A stretch of 64,000 bases of DNA from Macrostomum lignano (Eukaryota). The position numbers were made by a program, and so were the translations under genes. The stretch lies in the NCBI GenBank assembly GCA_002269645.1, contig NIVC01001203.1, positions 219,276 through 283,275 of the forward strand, in the 5' to 3' direction. Positions 20,801 to 30,171 of the stretch are shown here, in pieces; positions within the stretch are counted from its first letter, which is position 1, and each line of letters starts with the position of its first letter. The notes beneath the pieces were generated by a model. The model did not search any database, had not been told where the DNA came from, and saw only the letters and a program-made list of their open reading frames with translations.

Positions 20801-23241
20801 CTTGTAAGGTTTTAGGCCTACCTTGGGATGCCCAGACAGACACGCTTCACTTTAACTTTCGCTCACTGCTAGATTCCATCCCGGATCGACCTCACTCGAA
20901 GCGGTCAATGCTCGCCGTTCTTGGCAGAATTTTTGATCCGCTTGGCCTTCTGTCACCGGCTGTGACTATTGTCAAGATTTGGTTTCAGCAGCTGTGCAGC
21001 CGGAAATTGACGTGGGACGAACAGCTTCCTACTGACATTGCTTCGCAGTGGTCTCGCTGGCTGACCTCGCTTCAGGAGACGCACCTGACCGTTCGCCGTT
21101 ACGTGATGCCAGACACTGATGAAGCCGATCACCTTGAGGTTCAACTGCATGGTTTTTCCGACGCCAGTGAGCGAGCATACGCCGCTGTCGTCTACCTTCG
21201 GGTGATTGACCATGTCCGTCGCAGTGCCTCAACTGTTCTTATCATGGCGAAGTCTCGCATCGCTCCTCTCACAGTCATCAGCATTCCTCGTTTGGAGCTT
21301 CTTGGAGCGCTGATTCTGGCTCGGTTGATGGACTTCGTTTCCTCACAATTTCCGGGTGTACGGAAACAGCTGTGGACCGACAGCATGACCACACTGCAGT
21401 GGATCACCCAGGAAACTCGAATTCGTCCAATCTTCGTTCACAATCGTGTCACTGAAATTCGCAGACTTTCCTCGGTTGTGGATTGGAGATATGTCCCGGG
21501 GGAGAGCAACCCAGCAGATATTCCGTCCAGAGGTTGCTTTCCCGATAAGCTTGTGAGCAATCCTATGTGGCTGGACGGCCCCTCTTTCCTGCACTCTTAC
21601 GAGCTTCCATATGACCCAGGCATCGAAATTTCCGAAGAACTATCAGTCGATTGTGCTCCAAGTGGTCCGGCGAAGCCTGACCAGCATTATTGTCTGGCCA
21701 CAGCAGAGATCGGTGACGAGGGAAACCAGACTCGCAATCTTCTTCAGATCTTGAACATTCACGACTACTCGTCATGGCCGAAGCTAACTCGCGTGGTTGC
21801 CTGGGTGCGCCGCTTCATCAGCAACGCGCGAGCGGCAGCAAAAAAATCCACCCAACAACAGCAGAGGTCTCTGACTACTGCAGAAGTTGTCGACGCAGAA
21901 ACGTCGATTCTTCGCGCTGCTCAACAGATTTTTCTTGGGCCAGAACTCAAGCACTTACAAGGTGCTGGTCCTCGTACGCCACTGGTTCAACAACTGCAAC
22001 TCTTTCTTGGCGACGATGGACTCATCCGTTCCAAAGGGCGGCTCGCTGATGCCGTGCCTTTTGATACGAATCACCCCGTGCTGATTCCTGGGAAGACACA
22101 TATTGAACTGCTCATCATCCGGCACTGTCACCTGGCTGTTTTCCACGGGGGAGTGCCTGCAACTCTGTGCAAAATTCGAGAACGCTTTTGGGTTTTGAAG
22201 GCTCGGCAGCGGGTGAAACAGGTTCTCTCTACGTGTGTGACGTGCCGGAAGCTTCAGGGTCAGCCCTTCACGGTCACTCAGGTTCCACAACTTCCTCCGT
22301 TCCGTTTGTCTGATATCAGAGCCTTTCAGACTGTGGGATTGGACTATGCTGGTCCGATCTATTATCGGACGGGGGAGGGTGACAACTCTGCTAAGTCGTA
22401 TATTCTTCTTTTCACATGTGCAGCGACTCGTGCTGTGCACCTTGAGTTGGTGACCAGCATGGGAAGCGATCAGTTTCTGCATGCTCTGCGCCGCTTCGTG
22501 GCGCGTAGAGGCATTCCGTCAATCGTTAGCGACAACGCCAAGACCTTCCGTGCAACTGCCAGGGTGATCGGTGCTGAAGTGTCTAAGGAGCTTCAGGAGT
22601 TTTGCACGTCGAAGCGAATCACCTGGCACTTCATTCCTGAGCGGGCCCCGTGGTGGGGAGGTTTCTGGGAGAGGTTGATTGGAGTCATCAAGATAGCCAT
22701 TAAAAAAGCCGCCGGTCGTCAGTTATTCACGTACGATCAGTTATTAACTCTGGTGATGGAAGTGGAGGCGGTTGTCAATAGCCGTCCGCTGCTGTATGTA
22801 GCGTCAGGAGAGACGATGGAAGTCATTACGCCGTCTCATTTTATTGTGACAGCTCGTCTCACTCAGGAGCCTGAAGTCAGTTTGGGTCCTGAACTGATGT
22901 TGCCTTTGCCTCAACGGTTCAAAATGCTCCGTGCAGCCTTGAACTGGTTTTGGGACCAGTGGAAGGGATCATATCTCGAAGCTCTCCGCGAGAAGTCGTC
23001 TAAGCGTCATTCGCAAGGTCGCTCACCGACGGTTGGTGAAGTGGTACTGATTTCGGGCGAGCCCCGGCAACCCAGGTTCCATTGGAAGTTAGGGGTTGTC
23101 GAGGAGGTCAAGGCAGGTCGCGATGGAGTTGTTCGCTCTGCGGTCGTGAGGATTTCGGGAGCGGGTGATCCCCGGCGACGGGAACGTCTGAGGCGACCCG
23201 TTCAAGCTCTCATTCCGCTCGAATTCAAAGTTCCCAACTAA
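17887..23241 (+). CDS. BEL/Pao Gag-Pol polyprotein (about 1784 aa from ATG 17887)
   Basis: Gag PKLQVPTFDG..WQSFWDQF; three Cys-His knuckles; protease LFDTAS; RT YVDN; Pao RNase H LHGFSDASERAYAA; integrase HHCC, DYAGP, SDNA, WWGGFWER; C-terminal WKLG.VEEV..GRDG.VR. Confidence 0.95.
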   Translation: MVLSEDELAAAVRKRAGIRSSVTKAVGKVQVLLDRGLQREVEVAEAAAYLEVFNSKLSILRQLDDAIDESLADEQLESERDDCERYGLQCLTCIKRLEAALSRNFKSQASSPPTQSQQPQVKLPKLQVPTFDGQVSTWQSFWDQFDSSINSNTSLSEIDKFNYLVASLSEAAKSCIRGLAITADNYSTAVDILKERFGKPEVVVKELMHKISELRLSDASLRSLQQFHDDISAAMRSLNAQGVSANSYESLLVPSLMSKCPSAFRLELLRAAQMQGSDINSLESLLRSLKQEITVRESAGQGQFLSSKESTKSSSPAGSSSSKASPRHSSVSTLVTLQPKASKQASSKIFCTYCKGSHSSESCTNLVSADQRRAFLASEKRCFRCLRLGHLAPQCKDPRPCRGCSGRHHVSICIKNSQAGRESDKPSTSAKKPASPPNQCLASVTESFAFTMFISDNPAVALPVAKAILLSTDGRREMMVRVLFDTASNRSYIRQDICDLLGIQANSLERLNVSSFAGNSTALQSGSANIALRKMDSFEVIQIRTNIVETICQPQHSVKVTGFEHLHSLDLADPYDPRDQHTPISILIGSDFYYQIVGDTVVRGDSGPVAISSKLGFLLCGPLATGINNTCSASIGNSIESSVPNEDTCALALCCSVCENISLDASHTRDISTLWKLESIGVLDDPGPNSESSFHCNPQLRDGRYSVQLPWSLPKESIMLTDHSDLSFRRLISTRRQLERDQTKLAQCEAIIAEQEALGIIERVPVSNSSSSLIHYLPHSCISKAESEHTKLRIVFDGSARTHSADFAINDLLQVGPTNFPQIPQILIRFRMKPIAVLADIEKAFLQIGIEKSDRDSLRFLWTQGQSGAQEVIHYRFCRLPFGLTCSPGVLRATILHHLELHQNDFPGVVDTLKQDLYVDNLVTSCDSVKDAISLYEQAKQVFSLAGMNLRQWQSNSDGFTAHLPVADVSKACKVLGLPWDAQTDTLHFNFRSLLDSIPDRPHSKRSMLAVLGRIFDPLGLLSPAVTIVKIWFQQLCSRKLTWDEQLPTDIASQWSRWLTSLQETHLTVRRYVMPDTDEADHLEVQLHGFSDASERAYAAVVYLRVIDHVRRSASTVLIMAKSRIAPLTVISIPRLELLGALILARLMDFVSSQFPGVRKQLWTDSMTTLQWITQETRIRPIFVHNRVTEIRRLSSVVDWRYVPGESNPADIPSRGCFPDKLVSNPMWLDGPSFLHSYELPYDPGIEISEELSVDCAPSGPAKPDQHYCLATAEIGDEGNQTRNLLQILNIHDYSSWPKLTRVVAWVRRFISNARAAAKKSTQQQQRSLTTAEVVDAETSILRAAQQIFLGPELKHLQGAGPRTPLVQQLQLFLGDDGLIRSKGRLADAVPFDTNHPVLIPGKTHIELLIIRHCHLAVFHGGVPATLCKIRERFWVLKARQRVKQVLSTCVTCRKLQGQPFTVTQVPQLPPFRLSDIRAFQTVGLDYAGPIYYRTGEGDNSAKSYILLFTCAATRAVHLELVTSMGSDQFLHALRRFVARRGIPSIVSDNAKTFRATARVIGAEVSKELQEFCTSKRITWHFIPERAPWWGGFWERLIGVIKIAIKKAAGRQLFTYDQLLTLVMEVEAVVNSRPLLYVASGETMEVITPSHFIVTARLTQEPEVSLGPELMLPLPQRFKMLRAALNWFWDQWKGSYLEALREKSSKRHSQGRSPTVGEVVLISGEPRQPRFHWKLGVVEEVKAGRDGVVRSAVVRISGAGDPRRRERLRRPVQALIPLEFKVPN

Positions 23242-23944
23242 ATTTTGCATCAATCCTCGGCAGTTTGTTCTCAGACAGCGCTATTTGCTTGTGAAGTTTA
23301 AGCGCAAGTCATTATTTTTTTCTTTTTTCTTCATAATCTGTCGTTTTGTTTACTCAATAACCTGTTGTGCTCAAAAAATCTTTTTCATTGATATTTCCTA
23401 TTTGTTCAACTCAGCCTCCTGCTCATATTTATAACGTTTAAAATTTAAACTTCGAGCGTAAAAGTATAAATTAACGTATGAAAACATTTATTCATTCGTA
23501 GTTTCGGTTTTGCTGGGTGGTGGTTAATGCTCAATTAGTCTTTGCTATTTTCAAACATGCCCAAATGTTTCCGAGTTCATTCATTCATTATAGTTCATCC
23601 ATTATCGCAAATGACAAGTCATTTGGGGGAGTGTCGCGGAATTCATTCATTCACTCATTCATTCAGTGCATATGTACCTGTGTGTACGGTGGTGGTTGTT
23701 TAGCCTAATATCGATTTATTTGCCGCTTTCAAACCACCCCCTCTGTTTGTGCGCTTTGCCGCCTCCCCCCGTTTTCCTACCCTTCTTATCTCTCTCCTAG
23801 CCTACCTAGCCCCCCCCACCCCCCAAATTTTCACTCACCATTTTTAATACAAAATATATTGACCGTGCAAGGCCTTTCGTGCCTATCGTTTGTTTTTCCG
23901 TTGCTCATCCTAAAGTTAAACAAATCGACTCCAAAATAACAACA

Positions 23945-24739
23945 ATCCCTGACAGAATCAGAAAAAAAGGGGGGTCGCACTCGCTCACAAAACGTCCTCC
24001 ATAATCCCATTAAATCCATCCATATTATCCCCGACAGAATCATGAAAAAGTGGAGGGGTCGCACTTGCTCCGAAAACTTCGAAGATAATCGTATTAAATC
24101 CATCCATATTATCCCTGACAGAATCAGTGCATAACAGATGTCCACTAACACCTGTTATGTTCATTGACACCGACATCCACCCATAGCATCTTCGAAACAA
24201 TCAGAAAATAATCTGCATTCTTCTCCCCACATTCAATCCAAAGCGGTGAAACCAGATCCCAAAGACTTTAAATCATCAGCGCAGGGTCCTTACCCTCCAA
24301 AAAAAACTAAATTCTCAATAAAAAATGTTTCCAGTTGTCTCTCCAGGTTCTTATTATACTCAGCCTAATCCATTGTACAAATCCAAGTACCGATGCAAAC
24401 TTGAATGCAGCGAGTACATGAGAAAATATTGGCCCGATGTTGATATCAATGCCCCTAATATTAATCTAGCTCTCCAAAGACACTGGTTTTATAAGTATGG
24501 AGTAACCTATGTAAAAGATTACGACAGCTACTATAACTTTGCAGAAGTTATAAGGCAATTGTGATTTCTCACATTCTCTCAATGATTAACGTCAATACAA
24601 ACTCTTCACCGTTGAAATCAACACCCATCCCATCTTCAGTCTCAAACTGTAGCACAATCTCGTGAATCTCCTTATTACTCAATACAACTCTTTTCACTGG
24701 ATTTGGTTTCTCTACCACCATCTGTCCTCCAGCTACAGA
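23945..24739 (+). repeat. Polinton left inverted repeat, inner part (includes the 79-aa ORF and the penton 3' end)
   Basis: Reverse-complement match to most of 47443-48312, with patchy divergence. Confidence 0.88.
24325..24564 (+). CDS. 79-aa aromatic-rich orphan ORF inside the Polinton inverted repeat
   Basis: A-rich start context. A second copy at 47621-47860 keeps the frame, with synonymous changes and a TGA/TAA stop swap. Confidence 0.7.
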   Translation: MFPVVSPGSYYTQPNPLYKSKYRCKLECSEYMRKYWPDVDINAPNINLALQRHWFYKYGVTYVKDYDSYYNFAEVIRQL

Positions 24740-25432
24740 GTTGGAGATATTGTACAAAATATTCGTTCGCTTTCCCTTAAATACCCAATCAAGACTGAGA
24801 TTACTTCTGATTAGAATATTCAAACCCTTTACAATGTCTGCAATATTGGGTGCTAAGAACAAACCGCTTACATTTTCCCGGGCCATTTTAACAGTCCCCG
24901 ATGCTTGAGTGGCGGTCCGCGCCGCGGATTCTGCCTTATAAACTTTCTTCTCGAATCCCAGTTCCCTATACCAAGTGTCATCTTTAAACTCAACCTCCGC
25001 ATCTTTGTGAACTTGCATGACCACTCTCATTACAGTGAGATCATAGGTTAGTTTGACAGGGAACAGTTTCTTCTCTGGCTTACTCGCATCAGGTGTCTCA
25101 AAATGACCTCTCTTAGTAAAGACATTTTCTAGAAAGTTATTGTAGGTATCCACACTTTGCGTGCTCACATGGAATACCACAGGGTCTGCTGCTGCACCTT
25201 TCCATTTGTAATAAAACTTATTATTTGCTGCCATCACATTGGGAACGTTTGACCAACCAGTAAAGTCGTTAAGATAGACATGGTAATTAGCACCTGGATC
25301 CAGGCGAATCGCCTGCTCTAATTTTTCAACAAATATCCCGTTTGAGTCATTAATTCGCCCGGTTATTGTAATAGGAATGCTCTCCTTAGAGTGTGAAACA
25401 ATGTTGTTTAGTCTTTCGGCTATAGCTTCCAT
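24569..25432 (-). CDS. Polinton minor capsid protein (penton, single jelly roll), about 287 aa
   Basis: Lies next to the MCP. Penton-like motifs NNKFYY, LGF, ILIRSNL, NILY and a C-terminal VDFNGEEFVLTLII. Confidence 0.8.
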   Translation of the reverse strand: MEAIAERLNNIVSHSKESIPITITGRINDSNGIFVEKLEQAIRLDPGANYHVYLNDFTGWSNVPNVMAANNKFYYKWKGAAADPVVFHVSTQSVDTYNNFLENVFTKRGHFETPDASKPEKKLFPVKLTYDLTVMRVVMQVHKDAEVEFKDDTWYRELGFEKKVYKAESAARTATQASGTVKMARENVSGLFLAPNIADIVKGLNILIRSNLSLDWVFKGKRTNILYNISNSVAGGQMVVEKPNPVKRVVLSNKEIHEIVLQFETEDGMGVDFNGEEFVLTLIIERM

Positions 25433-25453
25433 TTTTTTCACATAAAAAAATAT

Positions 25454-25938
25454 TTAAACTTTACTGGATGAATTGTTGATCATGTTAAGCTTCACCTTCC
25501 TCTCAAATGCATAGACAATGTACAGGTCCACGGGTGTTGCGGCAGTCCTTTCAATGTTAGTCACGATATTCACAGGGCTGTTATCAGTAGGCATTTGTCT
25601 GGCAGACACATCAGCGCCAAACATCGGATATAGAGTTCCATATTGAAGAGCAGTGATAGCAATTCCATTGTTCTCTTTCACAGCCAAGTCGACTAACTCG
25701 CTGTAAAATTTGCTAATCTTGTTCTGACTGAAATCTCCATTTTGTGGCAGTGCAGGGTAAAGATTATCACTGATTTCATGCTGAATGGACCGCACGTCTC
25801 CATGCATGTAGCGTATAATGCTATTTGGGTTTCTCATATTAATAATAATATACCTTGGATTGCTGCATGATCCCTCTTTAATGCAGATGTTTGTTCTAGT
25901 TTCGTTTCGCTCATCTCGACACATGTAGGCCGTGTATG
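25454..25938 (-). pseudogene. Polinton major capsid protein, C-terminal part (separated by the Gypsy insertion)
   Basis: Removing the Gypsy element and one CAAC copy gives ...KDIDV-AYTAYMCRDE... in frame, about 428 aa in total. C-terminal LYPMFGADVSARQ and LYIVYAFERKVKL. Confidence 0.8.
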
Positions 25939-26369
25939 CAACTGTAACGGTTTGGAAATTCTGTAATTCAAATCTAGTTTATTTACATGGTGTATTTTAA
26001 CTTTATTCAAATCCTTAGCTGTTTAGATTACGTGCGTAATTATTCTAGGGTTTTAATATTACGTATTTTGTTAATTTGGTTTTCGTTTCCAAGAAATGCG
26101 ACTCATAATTTTAACATGTAGTTTCTAGTCTTTTTCTGCAAGCGTGTGGCAGCCTGGGACGTAGATCAACCTAGCATGTACGTGAGATACAATAATTATA
26201 ATCAGAGCCGATCACCAGTGTACGCATTCATACTAAGACAGTAAGATTTCTTATGCTCCGAGTATAGTAAATCGTCCAGGACTGACAGACGTATCTGCTG
26301 AACCATATACGTTGCTAATACTCTCTCTTCGCTAGTAATATTAAATATACCGGACTCGTTACATCAATT

Positions 26370-26382
26370 TGGAGGTCCCACC
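26370..26382 (+). promoter_or_regulatory. Gypsy primer-binding site, tRNA-Gln type
   Basis: TGGAGGTCCCACC is complementary to the 3' end of animal tRNA-Gln (...GGTGGGACCT-CCA). Confidence 0.75.
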
Positions 26383-26994
26383 ACCGAACTCTTCATATCA
26401 GTCATCATCATCAGGCGTCCGTCAGCATTCAGGCTCCCATCCTCATCAGGCACTGCGACACGAGAATTTTGGCCGGGTACACAATAGCCATCTGCAACCG
26501 CAACCAGGTCCTACACTACAGTATTGCGGCGAGGCTGAGGCAGCACAATTTCGTTTCAACTTGTCTAAAACCGCGTGAGTCAGCTCTACATCTAGACCCA
26601 AGGCCAAGCGAAAACAGTCAATACGTTCGTAGCTACGGCGCGTCAAAACCCCAGCCGGTCAACTCAGCGTAAACAACACTCAACTGTTCTGAGGCCCGTA
26701 TAAGCTGCCGACTGAACCGCGAGACCACCACCCCAGCGGCAGCCACCCCTAAAAGCCACAGCCAATCCGGTCCAAGCGGCAGTACGGCAGGACGGCAGTC
26801 TGTACATTGTACTCCACGGCCAATAACCTCCAAGAGTTTCATCACAGTTGTGAGTGTGGTTGCTTCATTTTGGGCTGTTTAGCTGAGCTTACCTGGCTGT
26901 TCAAAGGTGTGTACGCGTGTAGGTTTTTTTCTTCCTTTCCTCTCTGTAATCTTAGTCTTCACTTTGCACTGGCACACCTCTTTTTTCTCTCAAT

Positions 26995-29900
26995 ATGTCT
27001 GTAGAGCAATCAGCCACTGGAACTCAAGGCGCACCTCTGGTGGGTGAACCCATAAAGCTGCCTGAGACTGAGAAGGCTCAAAATGAAGCCGAGTTAAACC
27101 AAATTGCTACTGAGAGTAGCGTGGGTGCTATTTTAGGAAGTCTTGACAGAACGCTGGGCAACTTGGATGCTAAGCTTGACTATGCGAGAGTGCCTGAGGC
27201 AAAGCTGAAAGCCCCACCTTGCTACCACCCTAAAATCAGATTTGAGCTCTGGGAGACACAACTCCGGGCCTATTTAAGCGTTAACAGAGTTCAGCGGGAG
27301 CACTGTGGCGGTGTTCTTTTCTCTCTACTATCGCCAGAAGTCCAAGAGTTTTACTACAATAGCAAACTACAGGATCTAGCTTTTCCAGCAGCATTAGAAG
27401 CTCTCCGCGAGCGGTACACGGACTCTAGCAGTGCCGATAAATTTTACATTGAGCTGACAGTTGCCCACCAAGCTGATGGCGAAGGAATTCAAGAATTCTG
27501 TGACCGTCTTGTAGCCCTAGCCACCGCAGCTAAAATTTCTGCTCCACACAGCGATCCTTTGGTTCGGTCACGTTTTTGTTATGGAGTTCTAGACAAAAAT
27601 CTAGCTGAGAAACTAATTACAATGACCCAGGAGTCACCCAAAGCAACCCTTCAAGACCTCCTGAAGAAAGCCAAAAGTTTTCTAGACATTCAGATGCTGC
27701 TGAAACCGACTGAGACAAGCAAGATCCGGCAGTTAGAAGTAGACGAGATAAGCCGACTCAAAAACAGGATCCAAGAACTTGAGACAGAAGCCAAGCAGAG
27801 GGGCAAGTTCGAACACGAATTTAATAGCCAGCCTACTGGGGGATTTAGACCACAGGCTTTGCACACTGCCACTGATAAACCACCGAGGTACAATGCGCCT
27901 ATCACGGGCAGGCACGCAGGCAAGCGGCACTGCTTCAGGTGCGGTTCAGCTGATCACCTGGTAGCAGAGTGCCCTGGCTCAGGTGCACCTGAAAACGGTA
28001 AATTTTCATGGCGCCACCCGAGGCAGCCCATACAGAAAGGCTCAGCTAAAGTGGAAAAAGAGCTGGGTAGAATTTCCTACTGGTCAAATGCCTACGGATT
28101 CATCCAGTCTCTGCCTCTGGGAGATTCTGTTTTCGTACACTTCTCGCAGCTCAGCAGCGAGTTAAAGGATCTTGTCCCCGCCCATCAGATTGTCGGAGCG
28201 CCCGTAGAGTTTATCCGGCTAGCCGACAAGGGCAAGAAAAACGACCGTGCTGTTGATGTTGTGTGTAGTAACCAGGATGTCCGGTGCAGCCAAACCGTGT
28301 CTAGGGCAGAATCCTCCAGCTCCGGGTACTACCTGCAGGCCACTGTGGGAGACATTAAGCTGATTGGGTGTCTAGATAGTGGTTCAAATGCATCCATCAT
28401 CAGCCCAGAAATTCGGGACAAACTGTTAGCAGCCGATCCTATCAATAATCGCTTCACGGCTGCAACTACAGTGCAGTCAGCTTCGGGATTCAATGGTGCC
28501 TCCAGCCGAATCCTTGGCAAGTTAGTTTGCGAGGTTCAAGTAGCGAATGAGACAAAGCCGCACGTTTTCCTAGTCATAGAACACTCGATCTCCGACACTC
28601 TCTTTGGGATCGACTTCATGCGGAATTTCCAGATTAATTTATTGGTGGCAGAGGGTCGAGCGACGGCTGGAGGTGAGCTTATTCCTGTCATCGAAGGGGA
28701 CAGTAGCATCTTCCAAGTCAAGAGAGTGCTGGCGGCTTGCAATGTCGAACTCCCGCCCAGGTCGGAGACTCTAATCCCTGGGAGGGTGATAGACAGTCAG
28801 CCTAACACCTGCGGCTCCGTGGGTGGCAAGATTTTTGCGAACGACTCGAGCCTCTTAATAGCACACTCGGTAGACCAAGTAAACAGTTCCAATCACATCT
28901 TGCTGCGGGTCTTAAACACCAGTGAAGAACCAGTATCACTCAGAAGAGAAGATGAAATGGGATCCTTCCAGCAGTTGGGGCCAAACGAGACAATCAGTAA
29001 AACTTCAATTTCTGAAAAAGACTTTAAAATCGAAAACACTGATCAGCTCCTTAGAAAACTCAATCAGCTGCCTAGTCCAGATGAAGGTACAGCGAAGTGG
29101 CTATCAAACCAGTTTCGCCTAACGGAGTCCAAACTCAGCGAGGAACAGTTGGGAACTACACTGAAAATGCTTAACTATTTCTTAAGTCAAATCTCTCGTA
29201 GTGAGCACGATATCTCGAGAACCCAATTGCATGAACTAGCTATCGAACTGAAAGACCCTAGCTGTAGGCCGATCACGCAGCCATCACGCCGCACCACCCC
29301 GGCTCAAAAAGATTTCCTTGACAAATATATAGAACAGCTAGTGGAGCAGGGCATAGTAGAAGAGTGTGATTCCGAGTGGGCCTCACCAATTGTCTTAGTC
29401 AAAAAGAAGGACCAGTCTTACAGAATGTGTGTTGACTACAGAGCGGTCAACAAGCTAATAAAGCCGTGTAGCTTTCCGCTCCCATTAATGGATGAAACGT
29501 TTGATAGCCTTGCCGACTCTACCATCTTTTCAACACTAGATTTAACAAGTGCATACTGGCAGGTAGGAATTAGAGAGCAAGACCGAGACATTACGGCTTT
29601 TTCTTGCCCCCAGGGCACATTCCGTTGGCGAGTTGTGCCATACGGTATCAAAACGGCACCATCTAACTTTGCTAAGCTGATGCACCGTGTGCTCAAACCC
29701 TTGCTGATGAGAGTTAGCCTCGTCTATCTTGACGACGTCATTATCAAAGCTCGAACTAGTAGCGAAATGATAACAAACCTAGCGCTGGTGTTTTGGCAAC
29801 TACAAAAGGCAAACCTAAAAATTAAGCCAGCAAAATGCGAGCTTTTCAGGGAAAAACTAAAGTTTTTAGGATTTGTAGTATCGGCGGATGGAATCGAGAC

Positions 29901-30171
29901 GGACCCCAGCAAAACAGAGGCCGTCCAGAGTTGGTGTAGGCCAAAGACAGGGAAACAACTCTTGTCATTCTTAAATTTTGCCAACTATTACCGTAAATTC
30001 GTGCCAAAATTCTCGATCATAGCAGCTCCACTGTACGCTATCGCTAACTCCGATAGGTTTCACTGGGAAGAAAAGCACGAAGAAGCTTTCAAACAGTTAA
30101 AGGACAGTCTCTGCAATCCTCCAACCTGGCGTACCCGGATATGCGTCCAGAAGCCGGCCCCTTCGTGCTAG
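26995..30171 (+). CDS. Gypsy Gag - zinc knuckle - cold-shock domain - protease - RT (first part of the polyprotein)
   Basis: Capsid-like Gag, CFRCGSADHLVAEC knuckle, CSD, protease LDSGS, and RT motifs WASPIVLVKKKD, RMCVDYR, LDLTSAYWQ, YLDD. Confidence 0.93.
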   Translation: MSVEQSATGTQGAPLVGEPIKLPETEKAQNEAELNQIATESSVGAILGSLDRTLGNLDAKLDYARVPEAKLKAPPCYHPKIRFELWETQLRAYLSVNRVQREHCGGVLFSLLSPEVQEFYYNSKLQDLAFPAALEALRERYTDSSSADKFYIELTVAHQADGEGIQEFCDRLVALATAAKISAPHSDPLVRSRFCYGVLDKNLAEKLITMTQESPKATLQDLLKKAKSFLDIQMLLKPTETSKIRQLEVDEISRLKNRIQELETEAKQRGKFEHEFNSQPTGGFRPQALHTATDKPPRYNAPITGRHAGKRHCFRCGSADHLVAECPGSGAPENGKFSWRHPRQPIQKGSAKVEKELGRISYWSNAYGFIQSLPLGDSVFVHFSQLSSELKDLVPAHQIVGAPVEFIRLADKGKKNDRAVDVVCSNQDVRCSQTVSRAESSSSGYYLQATVGDIKLIGCLDSGSNASIISPEIRDKLLAADPINNRFTAATTVQSASGFNGASSRILGKLVCEVQVANETKPHVFLVIEHSISDTLFGIDFMRNFQINLLVAEGRATAGGELIPVIEGDSSIFQVKRVLAACNVELPPRSETLIPGRVIDSQPNTCGSVGGKIFANDSSLLIAHSVDQVNSSNHILLRVLNTSEEPVSLRREDEMGSFQQLGPNETISKTSISEKDFKIENTDQLLRKLNQLPSPDEGTAKWLSNQFRLTESKLSEEQLGTTLKMLNYFLSQISRSEHDISRTQLHELAIELKDPSCRPITQPSRRTTPAQKDFLDKYIEQLVEQGIVEECDSEWASPIVLVKKKDQSYRMCVDYRAVNKLIKPCSFPLPLMDETFDSLADSTIFSTLDLTSAYWQVGIREQDRDITAFSCPQGTFRWRVVPYGIKTAPSNFAKLMHRVLKPLLMRVSLVYLDDVIIKARTSSEMITNLALVFWQLQKANLKIKPAKCELFREKLKFLGFVVSADGIETDPSKTEAVQSWCRPKTGKQLLSFLNFANYYRKFVPKFSIIAAPLYAIANSDRFHWEEKHEEAFKQLKDSLCNPPTWRTRICVQKPAPSC
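28063..28266 (+). other. Cold-shock (OB-fold) domain within the Gypsy polyprotein
   Basis: GRISYWSN-AYGFI (RNP1), DSVFVHFSQL (RNP2), VGAPVEF and NDRAVDV follow the CSD consensus order and spacing. Confidence 0.85.

Larger units (their letters stand above)
17075..23944 (+). mobile_element. BEL/Pao LTR retrotransposon, full length and young
   Basis: TG...CA LTRs at 17075-17385 and 23632-23944 that differ only in two poly-C lengths and one substitution (by eye). PBS at 17386, PPT (TTTGGGGGAG) before the 3' LTR, and a single intact ORF. Confidence 0.95.

Noticed and set aside
30115-30171. Programmed ribosomal frameshift in the Gypsy element
   Set aside because: The break falls between RT and RNase H, not at gag-pol, has no slippery heptamer, and is repaired by one added base.
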